Source: Bacteroidia bacterium
GTDB lineage: Bacteria > Bacteroidota > Bacteroidia > Bacteroidales > BM520
DNA: 46,651 nt
Assembly (NCBI GenBank): GCA_009930445.1
Contig: RZYD01000001.1
Location: 1 to 46,651 of the forward strand
Reading direction: 5' to 3'
The number at the start of each line of letters is the position of its first letter. The first letter of the stretch is position 1. Below, piece by piece: positions 9,729 to 18,577 of this stretch. The translations under genes were made by a program, and so were the position numbers. The notes beneath the pieces are model-generated. The model was not told where the DNA came from and made no database searches. It worked only from the letters and a program-made list of their open reading frames with translations.

Positions 9729-10433
9729 ATGAAATTCGAAAAAAAACTAACCCATGGAATCTTGAAACGCCGATATAAGCGATTTTTAGCGGATATTGTG
9801 CTTGATCATGGAGAAGAAGTCGTGGCGCATTGCACGAATTCTGGCAGCATGAAAAGTTGCCTGGAAGAAGGGGCAGAAGTGTACCTCTCCCCGGTCGATG
9901 ATCCATCGAGAAAAACAAAATACACCTGGGAAATGATTAAAATCAACGAAAAATGGGTTGGAATCAACACATCAAATCCGAATGTGCTGGCCTATGAGGC
10001 TATAGTCAACGGCCAGATTCCCGGGCTCAGGCAGTATACAAGCGTTAAACGGGAAGTAAGATTTGATGACAGCCGGTTTGATATTTTTGCAGAAAACGGG
10101 GATGAGAAGTGTTTTATTGAAGTAAAAAACGTAACCTATAAAGAAGGCGATTATGCATTATTTCCGGATGCAGTAACAACACGTGGCCTCAAGCATCTTC
10201 ACACACTGGCAAAAGTAAAGGCAGCAGGATACCGGGCCGTTATGTTGTATATAATTCAACGAACCGACATTATCTATTTCGATACTGCAAATGAAATCGA
10301 CCCTGCCTATTCCGAAGCACTCATCGAGGCCGTAAAAAATGGAGTGGAAGTCATGGCTATCAAAGTACAAGTGACCCCTGAAAGCCTTCAGATCGGGGAT
10401 CGGGTATGCTGGAAACCAAGAAAGAAGGATTAA
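9729..10433 (+). CDS. sfsA: Sugar fermentation stimulation protein SfsA (DNA/RNA nuclease-like)
   Basis: KRRYKRFLADI...HCTNSGSM near the N-terminus and the FPDAVTTRGLKHL motif. The track ORF starts at TTG 9723, and the first ATG is 9729. Confidence 0.85.
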   Translation: MKFEKKLTHGILKRRYKRFLADIVLDHGEEVVAHCTNSGSMKSCLEEGAEVYLSPVDDPSRKTKYTWEMIKINEKWVGINTSNPNVLAYEAIVNGQIPGLRQYTSVKREVRFDDSRFDIFAENGDEKCFIEVKNVTYKEGDYALFPDAVTTRGLKHLHTLAKVKAAGYRAVMLYIIQRTDIIYFDTANEIDPAYSEALIEAVKNGVEVMAIKVQVTPESLQIGDRVCWKPRKKD

Positions 10434-11002
10434 ACCAAACCCGAGAAGCCCATAAAAGCCAAGGCCAGAATTCCTGCAACCAGTAAGGCAATAGGAACAC
10501 CACGCATTCCTTTTGGAACATCCATTACATCGAGATGTTCGCGAATACCGGCAAAAATGATAAGCGCAAGCCCGAAGCCAATGGCATTGGCAATAGCATA
10601 AACAACGCCTTCGCCCAGGTTAAGGTCTTTCTGGATGGTGAGCAATGCTACACCTAACACGGCACAGTTGGTGGTAATCAAAGGAAGAAAAATACCCAAA
10701 GCCTGATATAAGGAAGGGCTGGCTTTTTTAAGCACAATTTCCACCATTTGCACTAATGAGGCAATGACCAGAATGAAGCAAATGGTTTGCAGAAAATCCA
10801 GTTCAAGCGGGATAAGAATATAGTGTGACAGCAACCAGGTAACGATGGTTGCCAGGGTCATCACAAACAAAACGGCTCCGGCCATTCCGACTGAAGTTTC
10901 AACTTTTTTTGAAACTCCAAGAAAAGGGCAAATGCCTAAAAATTGTGCAAGCACAATATTGTTAACAAAAATTGCGGAGATAAGAATGATCAAATATTGC
11001 AT
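10430..11002 (-). CDS. rnfA: Rnf electron transport complex subunit A
   Basis: 190-aa polytopic protein. IFVNNIVLAQFLGICPFLGVSKK is the typical RnfA N-terminus. Last gene of the rnfBCDGEA order. Confidence 0.9.
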   Translation of the reverse strand: MQYLIILISAIFVNNIVLAQFLGICPFLGVSKKVETSVGMAGAVLFVMTLATIVTWLLSHYILIPLELDFLQTICFILVIASLVQMVEIVLKKASPSLYQALGIFLPLITTNCAVLGVALLTIQKDLNLGEGVVYAIANAIGFGLALIIFAGIREHLDVMDVPKGMRGVPIALLVAGILALAFMGFSGLV

Positions 11003-11021
11003 AACACGTTGATTTTAAAGG

Positions 11022-11609
11022 TTAAGCATTCCGTTTTGTAATACGGGTCATGAGAGCAATCAAATAGCTCAGTGCAATGAAAGCCCCGGGAGCGAGCACA
11101 AATACGAGCATTCCATCGCCCGCCAAAAATTTCATTCCAAAAAAAGAACCACTGCCAAGCATTTCGCGAACAGCACCTAAAAGAGTCAGCGCAAAGGCAA
11201 AACCCAGCCCCATGCCCAAACCATCAATAACAGAGGATCCGACACCATTCTTGGAGGCAAAAGCTTCAGCGCGTCCCAGCACAATACAGTTTACGACAAT
11301 AAGGGGAATAAAAAGGCCGAGTTGTGCATGCAGTGGGGGCAGATAAGCGGCCATAGCCAGATCTACGATGGTCACAAACGAAGCAATAATAACAATAAAA
11401 ACGGGAATTCGGACCTTATCGGGTACTACGTTTTTAACCAATGAAATTACCAGATTCGACATAACGAGCACAAAGGTTGTCGCCAACCCCATCCCCATTC
11501 CGTTAATGGCCGATGTGGTTACACCCAGGGTTGGACACATTCCCAAAAGGAGAACAAAAACCGGATTTTCTTTTAAAAATCCTTTTGTAAAATTTTTCCA
11601 TTGATTCAT
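11022..11609 (-). CDS. rnfE: Rnf electron transport complex subunit E
   Basis: ENPVFVLLLGMCPTLGVTTSAINGMGMGLAT. Paralogue of RnfA. Its ATG overlaps the rnfG stop (ATGA). Confidence 0.9.
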   Translation of the reverse strand: MNQWKNFTKGFLKENPVFVLLLGMCPTLGVTTSAINGMGMGLATTFVLVMSNLVISLVKNVVPDKVRIPVFIVIIASFVTIVDLAMAAYLPPLHAQLGLFIPLIVVNCIVLGRAEAFASKNGVGSSVIDGLGMGLGFAFALTLLGAVREMLGSGSFFGMKFLAGDGMLVFVLAPGAFIALSYLIALMTRITKRNA

Positions 11610-12187
11610 TGGTTACCTCCTTCCGTTTCATAAGCTGTCCAGGCACGCTGCATTGCATCGCAAAATGCCCGGGAACTGATGGTTGCGGCGGTTATGGCAT
11701 CGACATTCCCTCCGTCTTTTTTTACTTTCAAAATATACTCATTGGGATGTTTCCCTTTAAACTGAAGACTAAAATCCGACTTTGACTGATCCATTTTATC
11801 TCCCAGTCCCGGTGTTTCTTTATGATCAAGAACGGCCGTATTATAGATTTCACCGGAAGGCAGAAATCCGACCATAACTGAAATGCGTCCGGAAAAGCCA
11901 TTATCAGTATAGGTTTCGATTGCAGTTCCTACGAGTTTATTGTCTTTTGTAGCGATGTAAAAGGTAAGGGAATCATTGCCTTGCGCCGGAGTTACTTGCT
12001 TTTTGGTATACTGATCATAGGCAGGAACAACTTTGGCTATGGCTTCCTGTAATTTGGCGGCTTTAGCCGTTTCGATAGGTTCTTTAGTGGCAGTATAAAC
12101 TGCGCCAAGAGCCAATGCAGCGATGGCAGTGAATAGAAACATCACCAGCACCATATTAATAAATGTTGATTCTAATTTTTTAGCCAT
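11606..12187 (-). CDS. rnfG: Rnf electron transport complex subunit G (FMN-binding)
   Basis: Start chosen at ATG 12187 (MAKKLESTFINMV..., 8-nt overlap with the rnfD stop) rather than 12250 (71-nt overlap). Single N-terminal TM and an FMN-attachment-like DAITAATISSRA. Confidence 0.85.
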   Translation of the reverse strand: MAKKLESTFINMVLVMFLFTAIAALALGAVYTATKEPIETAKAAKLQEAIAKVVPAYDQYTKKQVTPAQGNDSLTFYIATKDNKLVGTAIETYTDNGFSGRISVMVGFLPSGEIYNTAVLDHKETPGLGDKMDQSKSDFSLQFKGKHPNEYILKVKKDGGNVDAITAATISSRAFCDAMQRAWTAYETEGGNQ

Positions 12188-13178
12188 TTTTAACAACCTC
12201 CCCAAATAGTTTTGGTTTAAATGCTTTATCGATAAGTGGTACAAAAGCATTCATAATAAGAATTGCAAAAGATACACCTTCCGGATAGGCGCCCCAGATT
12301 CGTATCAGGATAGTTAAGACCCCGCCACCGATGCCAAAAACAATTTGTCCGGCACGGCTCATAGGGGATGTTACCATATCGGTGGCCATAAAGATAGCAC
12401 CGAGCAACATTCCGCCAGTGAGCAGATGGAAAAGCGGGTCTGCATAGGAAGATGGATCAATCAGCCAGAAGATGCCTGAGAGTAATGCAGCGGAACCCAA
12501 AAATGCTAGGGGGATTTCCCATGTGATGATTTTTCTGAAAAGCATAAAGAGTCCGCCGATAAGCAGGGCGATGGCTGATATTTCACCTAATGAGCCCCCC
12601 ATGCTACCCATCAGGTAACTGATGTAATCGGGTTGGGCAATAACACCATGTTCGGCCAGTTGTCCAAGCGGTGTGGGGCCGGTTACAGAATCGAGTAGAG
12701 ATTGATCAATTCCATTAAAAAACAAACTGCTTCGTGAAACCATTGCCTTTGGCCAAGTGGTCATCTGAACAGGAAACGAGATAAGGAGAAAAACACGCCC
12801 TACCAGTGCCGGGTTAAAAATATTTTTTCCAATTCCGCCGAATGACATTTTTCCCATTCCAATGGCCACCAGAGCCCCAATAATAACCATGTACCACGGG
12901 AGTCCGGAAGGAACATTAAGTGCAAGTAAAACGCCAGTTAAAAGAGCCGAAAAATCGCCTGTTGTATTTTCGCCTTTAATAAGATACTTCTGAATGAGGT
13001 ACTCGAAAAGTACACACGATGCAATAGCAATTACTAATACTTTTAAGGCACCCAGCCCAAAAAAATAGAGTGAAACCAACACAGCAGGAAGGAGAGCAAT
13101 GTTCACGCCAAGCATGATTTTGGATACGGATTGGTCTCCGTGAATATGGGGAGAACCACTAACTTTTAGTATACTCAT
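12180..13178 (-). CDS. rnfD: Rnf electron transport complex subunit D
   Basis: Polytopic 332 aa with the GGMLLGAIFMATDMVTSP motif typical of RnfD/NqrB. Confidence 0.9.
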   Translation of the reverse strand: MSILKVSGSPHIHGDQSVSKIMLGVNIALLPAVLVSLYFFGLGALKVLVIAIASCVLFEYLIQKYLIKGENTTGDFSALLTGVLLALNVPSGLPWYMVIIGALVAIGMGKMSFGGIGKNIFNPALVGRVFLLISFPVQMTTWPKAMVSRSSLFFNGIDQSLLDSVTGPTPLGQLAEHGVIAQPDYISYLMGSMGGSLGEISAIALLIGGLFMLFRKIITWEIPLAFLGSAALLSGIFWLIDPSSYADPLFHLLTGGMLLGAIFMATDMVTSPMSRAGQIVFGIGGGVLTILIRIWGAYPEGVSFAILIMNAFVPLIDKAFKPKLFGEVVKNG

Positions 13179-13181
13179 AGC

Positions 13182-14513
13182 TTATTTTTTTCCTCTGTTT
13201 CGAATAATTAGACCCACAGTTTGTTTCCCAACGCGCATATAATCGAGTAATGGCCTTGCCGATGGGCACACAAACTGGCATGACCCACATTCAATACAAT
13301 CCATGACATGTGATTTTTCGGTCTCTTCCCATTTTTGGTGGGCGGCAAGCAAAGCAATATGATAGGGCATGAGGCCCATCGGACAAGCCTGTACACATTT
13401 TGCACAACGTATACAGGTTAGTGTTTCAGGACGGGTACTATCTTCTTCCGGTAGGACAAGAATTCCTGACGTTCCTTTGGATACGGGAATATCTGTCTGG
13501 GTCAAGGCTTTTCCCATCATGGGGCCACCGCTAATAATTTTTCCGGAATTTTCGGGCAAACCACCGGCTTTTTCCAGCAGTTCGCCAATGGGAGTACCGA
13601 TACGGGTGAGGAGATTAGCGGGTTTTGCTAGTGATTTGCCAGTCACGGTTACCACACGCTCAAATAAGGGTTTATTTTTCTGGACGGCCTCATACACGGC
13701 CAATGCAGTACCGGAATTATTCACCACGGCACCCACTTCAATCGGAAGTTTTCCGGAAGGGACTTCCCGGTTAATCAACGCCTTAATTAGCTGTTTTTCA
13801 GCACCCTGTGGATATTTTATCTGTAACGGATGAATGGTAATACCCGAAAATTCAGCGGCTAAGGAAGTCAAATGGGCAATAGCATCAGGCTTATTATTTT
13901 CGATTCCCACCATGGCTTTGTTCGTGTCGAGGGCTTTCATTAGAATACTGACACCAATAAGCATCTCCTCTCCTCTTTCGAGCATCACCCGATGATCAGA
14001 GGTAAGATACGGTTCGCATTCCACACCATTAATCAGCAGAACGTCACATTTTTTTCCATCAGGGATCATAAGTTTTACATGGGTAGGAAATGTGGCGCCA
14101 CCTAGGCCTACTATTCCGCTTTCTTTTATCCGGGCAATAATTTCCGGTTTACTCAGTGTAATTTCACGCACAATTTCCGGTGTCCGGTCGATAGATTCCT
14201 CCCATTCATCACCCTCCACGCCAACAATTATCATCTGACGTTTATATCCGCTGGTATCCATCCAGTGATCAATTTTTTCAATTTTGCCTGAAACGGAGGA
14301 ATGAATATGGGCCGAAATAAAAGATTCACCTTTTGCCAGCAAAGTACCTACTTTAACGGTATCTCCTTTCTGAACCACAGGTTTTGCTGGTGCACCCAGA
14401 TGTTGACCAACGGGAATAAAGGCTTTTTTGGGTATGGGCATCACCTCGATCGGCGCATTTGCGGCGATTTTGTTTTCTGCGGGGTGTACTCCGCCTTTGG
14501 AAAATGTTTTCAA
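13182..14513 (-). CDS. rnfC: Rnf electron transport complex subunit C
   Basis: N-terminus KTFSKGGVHP. NADH/FMN-binding-like GLGGATFPTHVK. Two 4Fe-4S motifs CIRCAKCVQACP and CIECGSCQFVCP. The only in-frame start is TTG at 14513. Confidence 0.9.
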   Translation of the reverse strand: MKTFSKGGVHPAENKIAANAPIEVMPIPKKAFIPVGQHLGAPAKPVVQKGDTVKVGTLLAKGESFISAHIHSSVSGKIEKIDHWMDTSGYKRQMIIVGVEGDEWEESIDRTPEIVREITLSKPEIIARIKESGIVGLGGATFPTHVKLMIPDGKKCDVLLINGVECEPYLTSDHRVMLERGEEMLIGVSILMKALDTNKAMVGIENNKPDAIAHLTSLAAEFSGITIHPLQIKYPQGAEKQLIKALINREVPSGKLPIEVGAVVNNSGTALAVYEAVQKNKPLFERVVTVTGKSLAKPANLLTRIGTPIGELLEKAGGLPENSGKIISGGPMMGKALTQTDIPVSKGTSGILVLPEEDSTRPETLTCIRCAKCVQACPMGLMPYHIALLAAHQKWEETEKSHVMDCIECGSCQFVCPSARPLLDYMRVGKQTVGLIIRNRGKK

Positions 14514-14562
14514 GGTGTTATTGTTTTATGTTATAATTTGTTTTCATTACTAAGGATAACCA

Positions 14563-15510
14563 TTAAACCGTTGCAGATTCCACAGGGGCTGTTTCTTTGG
14601 GCTTTTGGGGCGGAAAATTCAATTCAAGAATGGCGCCAGTGGGGCATTCAGAAACACATTTCCGGCAAAGTTTACACTTTTCATAATCAATATACGCCAG
14701 GTTATTCGTTAGCGTAATGGCGTCGAAAGGACAAACCTTAACACATTTTCCGCATCCGATACAGGCTACAGCGCAATTCTTCTTAGCCGGCGCCCCTTTT
14801 TCAGTGTTGACACATGAAACAAAAATTCGTTTGTCTTTTTTCCCTTTATGACGTAATTCGATAATATGGCGTGGGCATGCTTTAACGCAAGCGCCACAGG
14901 CCACACATTTTTCGTCGCTAACCACTGGCAGCCCGGTTTCCTCATCGATCCGGATGGCATCGAAAGTACAGGCCGTTACGCAATCGCCTAAACCAAGGCA
15001 ACCGTTGGGGCATCCACTTTCGCCGGCATAAAGGCTGTGTGCGAAGGCGCAGCTTGACGGTCCGTCGTACTGCACTTTTGCGACTGCATTCGTTCTCGAA
15101 CCATTACATCGCACAACGGCAATCATCGGGATAGATTCTTCGGCCTGAAGACCCAATGCTTCACCAATTTTGTTCATTACATCCGAACCACCGGCAGGGC
15201 AGTTAAACCCTTCGAGGGTTCCGGCTTTAACTATGGCTTCGGCCAGGCTTCGGCATCCGGCAAAACCACAGCCACCGCAATTGGCACCCGGCAAAATTTC
15301 ATTCACCACATCGATGCGCGGATCTTCAACTACTTTGAACTTTTGCGCGATAAAATAGAGGATAACGGCAGCGGCAATGCTAATCGCCCCTAAAGATACT
15401 ACCGCATAAAGAATCACATTATTCACAATAATTCTCCTTTTTTGGTATTCGTTTGATGGAGTGACAAAATTATAAAACCTTTGGAATAAATCACTTTTTA
15501 CCCCAATCAT
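14563..15510 (-). CDS. rnfB: Rnf electron transport complex subunit B (polyferredoxin)
   Basis: TM anchor ILYAVVSLGAISIAAAVILYF, CGGCGFAGC and several CxxCxxCxxxCP ferredoxin motifs. Coordinates give the maximal ATG ORF. An alternative GTG start at 15426 is preceded by AGGAGA and lies downstream of a -7 box (see findings). Confidence 0.85.
   Translation of the reverse strand: MIGVKSDLFQRFYNFVTPSNEYQKRRIIVNNVILYAVVSLGAISIAAAVILYFIAQKFKVVEDPRIDVVNEILPGANCGGCGFAGCRSLAEAIVKAGTLEGFNCPAGGSDVMNKIGEALGLQAEESIPMIAVVRCNGSRTNAVAKVQYDGPSSCAFAHSLYAGESGCPNGCLGLGDCVTACTFDAIRIDEETGLPVVSDEKCVACGACVKACPRHIIELRHKGKKDKRIFVSCVNTEKGAPAKKNCAVACIGCGKCVKVCPFDAITLTNNLAYIDYEKCKLCRKCVSECPTGAILELNFPPQKPKETAPVESATV
15465..15472 (-). 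promoter_or_regulatory. Candidate -7 promoter box (TAATTTTG on minus strand) for the rnf operon
   Basis: Plus-strand CAAAATTA is a perfect TAnnTTTG on the minus strand. It lies 38 nt upstream of GTG 15426 but inside the long rnfB ORF version. Confidence 0.35.
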
Positions 15511-15566
15511 TCCGCGATAAGTTAATACACTAATAATCAGAATCTTAAAAATGCAGAGAATAGGAT

Positions 15567-15598
15567 AAAAAAAATCAGTGGCTTAATACCACTGATTT
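15567..15598 (-). terminator. Rho-independent terminator downstream of the 784-aa T9SS cargo gene
   Basis: 10-bp perfect stem (15572-15581 / 15589-15598) with a 7-nt loop. On the minus strand it runs into a U8 tract (plus-strand A run 15567-15574). Confidence 0.7.
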
Positions 15599-15700
15599 CC
15601 AATATTTTAATATCTTTATTTAGAATTAATCTAAATTTTAACAGGTAATGAACAATTTCTGTTCATAAGTTTTGTGGCGCAATGATAGAGCCGGAAAGAA

Positions 15701-18055
15701 TTATTTTTTTATGAGTTTTTTCATAATAATATGCGTCCCGGTTTGTATTTTAACGAGGTAAATTCCCTGAGGTATTTCGGTAAAATCCACTTCGTAAAGG
15801 CTCTCCTCATAGGGTTTAGCCTCGAAATAATACAGTACTTTACCATGTGTATCGGAAATTACCACGGTTGCGCCTGTTGATTCCGGGCTAACAGAAATAC
15901 GGGCGTTGTGGGTAACCGGATTTGGCGTTATAAAGATTTCAGGGAGCGATTCCAGTTTTTCCAGTCCGACACAGGGGTCAATTGTAAGCATTAACTGATC
16001 GTTGTACGACTGAATACAAGGAGCGATTGCATAACCAAAGAGGCGTAGGCGGGCCTGACCGGTTGCGATGTCTTGTGGTCCCGGGAAATAGGTAGTGGTA
16101 AGGCTGAATGGATCTTGAAAATATCCGTCTCCATCCGTTTTCCATTCAATGGAAGCCGCATTTTCTGATGATCCGTTTACAGTTAAAATATCGGTTTGAC
16201 AAATCGTTGTGTCGTTTCCAGCAGTAGTGTGTGGAAGTTTTTGAATGGTAAGGAACATGGCATCTGAAGTGGTGCCGGTTTCGCCATACCCTTCGGCAGT
16301 AACGGTAAGAATAACCGTGCCATTGTCAATATCTTCATTTCCACGCATATAGTCGGTATGAAGCATTGCTGCTGTTGGCAGAAAACGGCCATCGCCATTG
16401 GTTTCCCACATAATGGATTTAAAATATTTTCCGGAGGCAGACTGGGTATCATAGATAACATTTTCACAAATCACAGTATCCGGTCCGGCAGATATCTCAG
16501 GCATTTTTGGTGGTCCGAAGGTAAAGGAGAATATCCGGGTTTTCCATCCCGATCCGAGATATTCATTGGTATGCCAGAAGACAGAGTCATTCACCGGGTC
16601 GACCGACATGTTGCTGTAGTCGCCCCAGCGGCTTATTCCATTTTGGGATGCCGTACCGGGGATAGCTTCCATTTCCGCGAAAGTCATTTCTCCCGGGGGA
16701 TCGGTTGCAGCACGGCCCGTGTAGCGAATGGAGGGGAAAACATCGGCATTGGAGACCGTGTAACCCAGAGCAATATCGCCATTTGCATTCATTGCAATAC
16801 TCCCCATCCAGCGATTGAGCCCGTCGCCAGGGGCGAAAGTGCCTTCCTGAAACAATTCCCATTGCATAGCAGATTTCCGGAATTCATACCAACGGATTCC
16901 GGCTACGCCTCCTGCATTCACCGTATGGTTCAGCACCATAGCCTGGTGGGTTCCCATATTCCGGTATTGAAGCCGATACATCAGCATATTGGAAAGTGCA
17001 TCAAGTTCCTGCGTTGTGTTAGGTTGGGCAATCCCCCAGATATTATTGTTGTAATAGCTCACAGGCAGGCTGTAGGCAAAACTAAAATCAGTATTTTCTG
17101 TATTGTCCCAATCGACAACAAACGTATAGAAATCCATATCATTATCATCACCCCGGGTAATAAAAACCCCTGGTTCCCCATCCGGTGGGGCAATGCCGTC
17201 ACAATCTGCGGGTTGCATTGAAAATCCTGCCCATGAATTCATTTCGAAATAAGCCATTTGAGCATCCGGGTCACCGGCAAGCATTGCATCACGTTCATAC
17301 GCATGGGCACCAATTCCTACAAATCCCCCATTAAAATTATTGGTGGTCATAAAATACGCATTATTCCAGATTCCAAATTTTGGATAGTCGATAAAAACAT
17401 CATATTCGAATGCGTACCTGTACCACTCGCCTAATGGGTCGGGTGTGGCTGAGATAGCCACCAGTTCATAATATTTACCGTTTCCAACATTAATAGCAAA
17501 CTGACTGGCGAGCCAACGGTCGGCCATATCATCATAAAGAATTATGGGATCTCCATCGTTGGAGCCCGTCCAGGGGCCTATAAATCCCTGCCATAGCGTG
17601 CTGTTATCCACCGGACCATAGAGCAGATTTCCGTCTTTGTCCCATACTGCAAACGATAGATTGATCATTTGCATATAATGATTTGGACCAACATCGCCGT
17701 CAGTATCCGGGGGATACACACCGTTCACATTGCTTATCCCTGCGATGTTCACTTCAGGTCCTCTGGCTGTTCGTTCGCCCTGTGTCATTTGCAGCGTTGC
17801 ATCAAATTTCGGAGCCATCATATTGTCCTGATTATTCTCGAAGCTCATTTCCACCGAAGGGTTTTTTATTCCCAATTTTTTCCACCCACGCTCTCTATAA
17901 TAGGGTTCAATTGCCTGCATACTTCGAAGTTCGGGAGTTTTATCAAAATAGTAAGCTTTTGCGATTACCTTGGTTTTAACTGGATTATCCTGACCAAAAA
18001 CCATCATGCTGGACCCCATAATCAGAATCAAAAAATAAAATAGTTTACTCTTCAT
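15701..18055 (-). CDS. Secreted protein with T9SS type-A C-terminal sorting domain; large N-terminal domain of unknown function
   Basis: Signal peptide MKSKLFYFLILIMGSSMMVFGQ. About 520 aa of unassigned domain (DGDVGPNHYMQM..., RWGDYSNMSVDP). Two tandem ~85-aa Cys-containing repeats. C-terminal ITPNPVTHNARISV...GIYLVKIQTGTHIIMKKLIKK is Por_Secre_tail-like. Confidence 0.85.
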   Translation of the reverse strand: MKSKLFYFLILIMGSSMMVFGQDNPVKTKVIAKAYYFDKTPELRSMQAIEPYYRERGWKKLGIKNPSVEMSFENNQDNMMAPKFDATLQMTQGERTARGPEVNIAGISNVNGVYPPDTDGDVGPNHYMQMINLSFAVWDKDGNLLYGPVDNSTLWQGFIGPWTGSNDGDPIILYDDMADRWLASQFAINVGNGKYYELVAISATPDPLGEWYRYAFEYDVFIDYPKFGIWNNAYFMTTNNFNGGFVGIGAHAYERDAMLAGDPDAQMAYFEMNSWAGFSMQPADCDGIAPPDGEPGVFITRGDDNDMDFYTFVVDWDNTENTDFSFAYSLPVSYYNNNIWGIAQPNTTQELDALSNMLMYRLQYRNMGTHQAMVLNHTVNAGGVAGIRWYEFRKSAMQWELFQEGTFAPGDGLNRWMGSIAMNANGDIALGYTVSNADVFPSIRYTGRAATDPPGEMTFAEMEAIPGTASQNGISRWGDYSNMSVDPVNDSVFWHTNEYLGSGWKTRIFSFTFGPPKMPEISAGPDTVICENVIYDTQSASGKYFKSIMWETNGDGRFLPTAAMLHTDYMRGNEDIDNGTVILTVTAEGYGETGTTSDAMFLTIQKLPHTTAGNDTTICQTDILTVNGSSENAASIEWKTDGDGYFQDPFSLTTTYFPGPQDIATGQARLRLFGYAIAPCIQSYNDQLMLTIDPCVGLEKLESLPEIFITPNPVTHNARISVSPESTGATVVISDTHGKVLYYFEAKPYEESLYEVDFTEIPQGIYLVKIQTGTHIIMKKLIKK

Positions 18056-18100
18056 AATTAAAATTATAGATATGTATTAACTTTGTAAACAATAAACACG

Positions 18101-18529
18101 CTATTCGTCAAATGGTTCCAGCTCAAAATAAAACTTCTTTTTCAATCCGGGTTTTAATTTCGACAGGATAATATAGTATGGAATCATTGCGGCAAGCCCA
18201 AGCAAAGCGGCAAGCCCTTCTTTTTTTGTTAGCCCCAATACCGTAAAAAGTACTGCCATTAAGATAAGGAATGGAATCAAATAGCCGGCTATAACGGCTT
18301 TTATACCCATGGAGGTCAGCATAGTAACATTCACTTTCTGGCCTTCGTGCAGCTCCAGGTTCCGGGTATTTTCCACTTCAATAATTTTCTCCTGCAGGTC
18401 GGACATACCACATGCCCCTTTTGCATGACATTCGGCGCAGGCACTTTTTGAAAGAATTTTCACCATGGGCTTTCCCTCTGTAATGCTAGTGATAATCCCT
18501 TCATGTTTAATAATATCATCATTTTTCAT
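18101..18529 (-). CDS. rseC: RseC/MucC family (SoxR-reducing system) membrane protein
   Basis: N-terminal Cys cluster SACAECHAKGACG followed by two TM helices, which is the RseC architecture. The track ORF starts at TTG 18535, and the first ATG is 18529. Confidence 0.75.
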   Translation of the reverse strand: MKNDDIIKHEGIITSITEGKPMVKILSKSACAECHAKGACGMSDLQEKIIEVENTRNLELHEGQKVNVTMLTSMGIKAVIAGYLIPFLILMAVLFTVLGLTKKEGLAALLGLAAMIPYYIILSKLKPGLKKKFYFELEPFDE

Positions 18530-18577
18530 AAGCAACGTATTGCAAAGACACCATAAGGCCGGGAATAGTTTCCCGCA

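Noticed and set aside
16358-17221. 287-aa ORF antisense to the 784-aa T9SS cargo gene
   Set aside because: It lies entirely inside a well-supported CDS on the opposite strand. Its composition is odd (His/Arg/Cys/Ile-rich), and it has no motif, no promoter box and no signal features. This is a typical shadow ORF.
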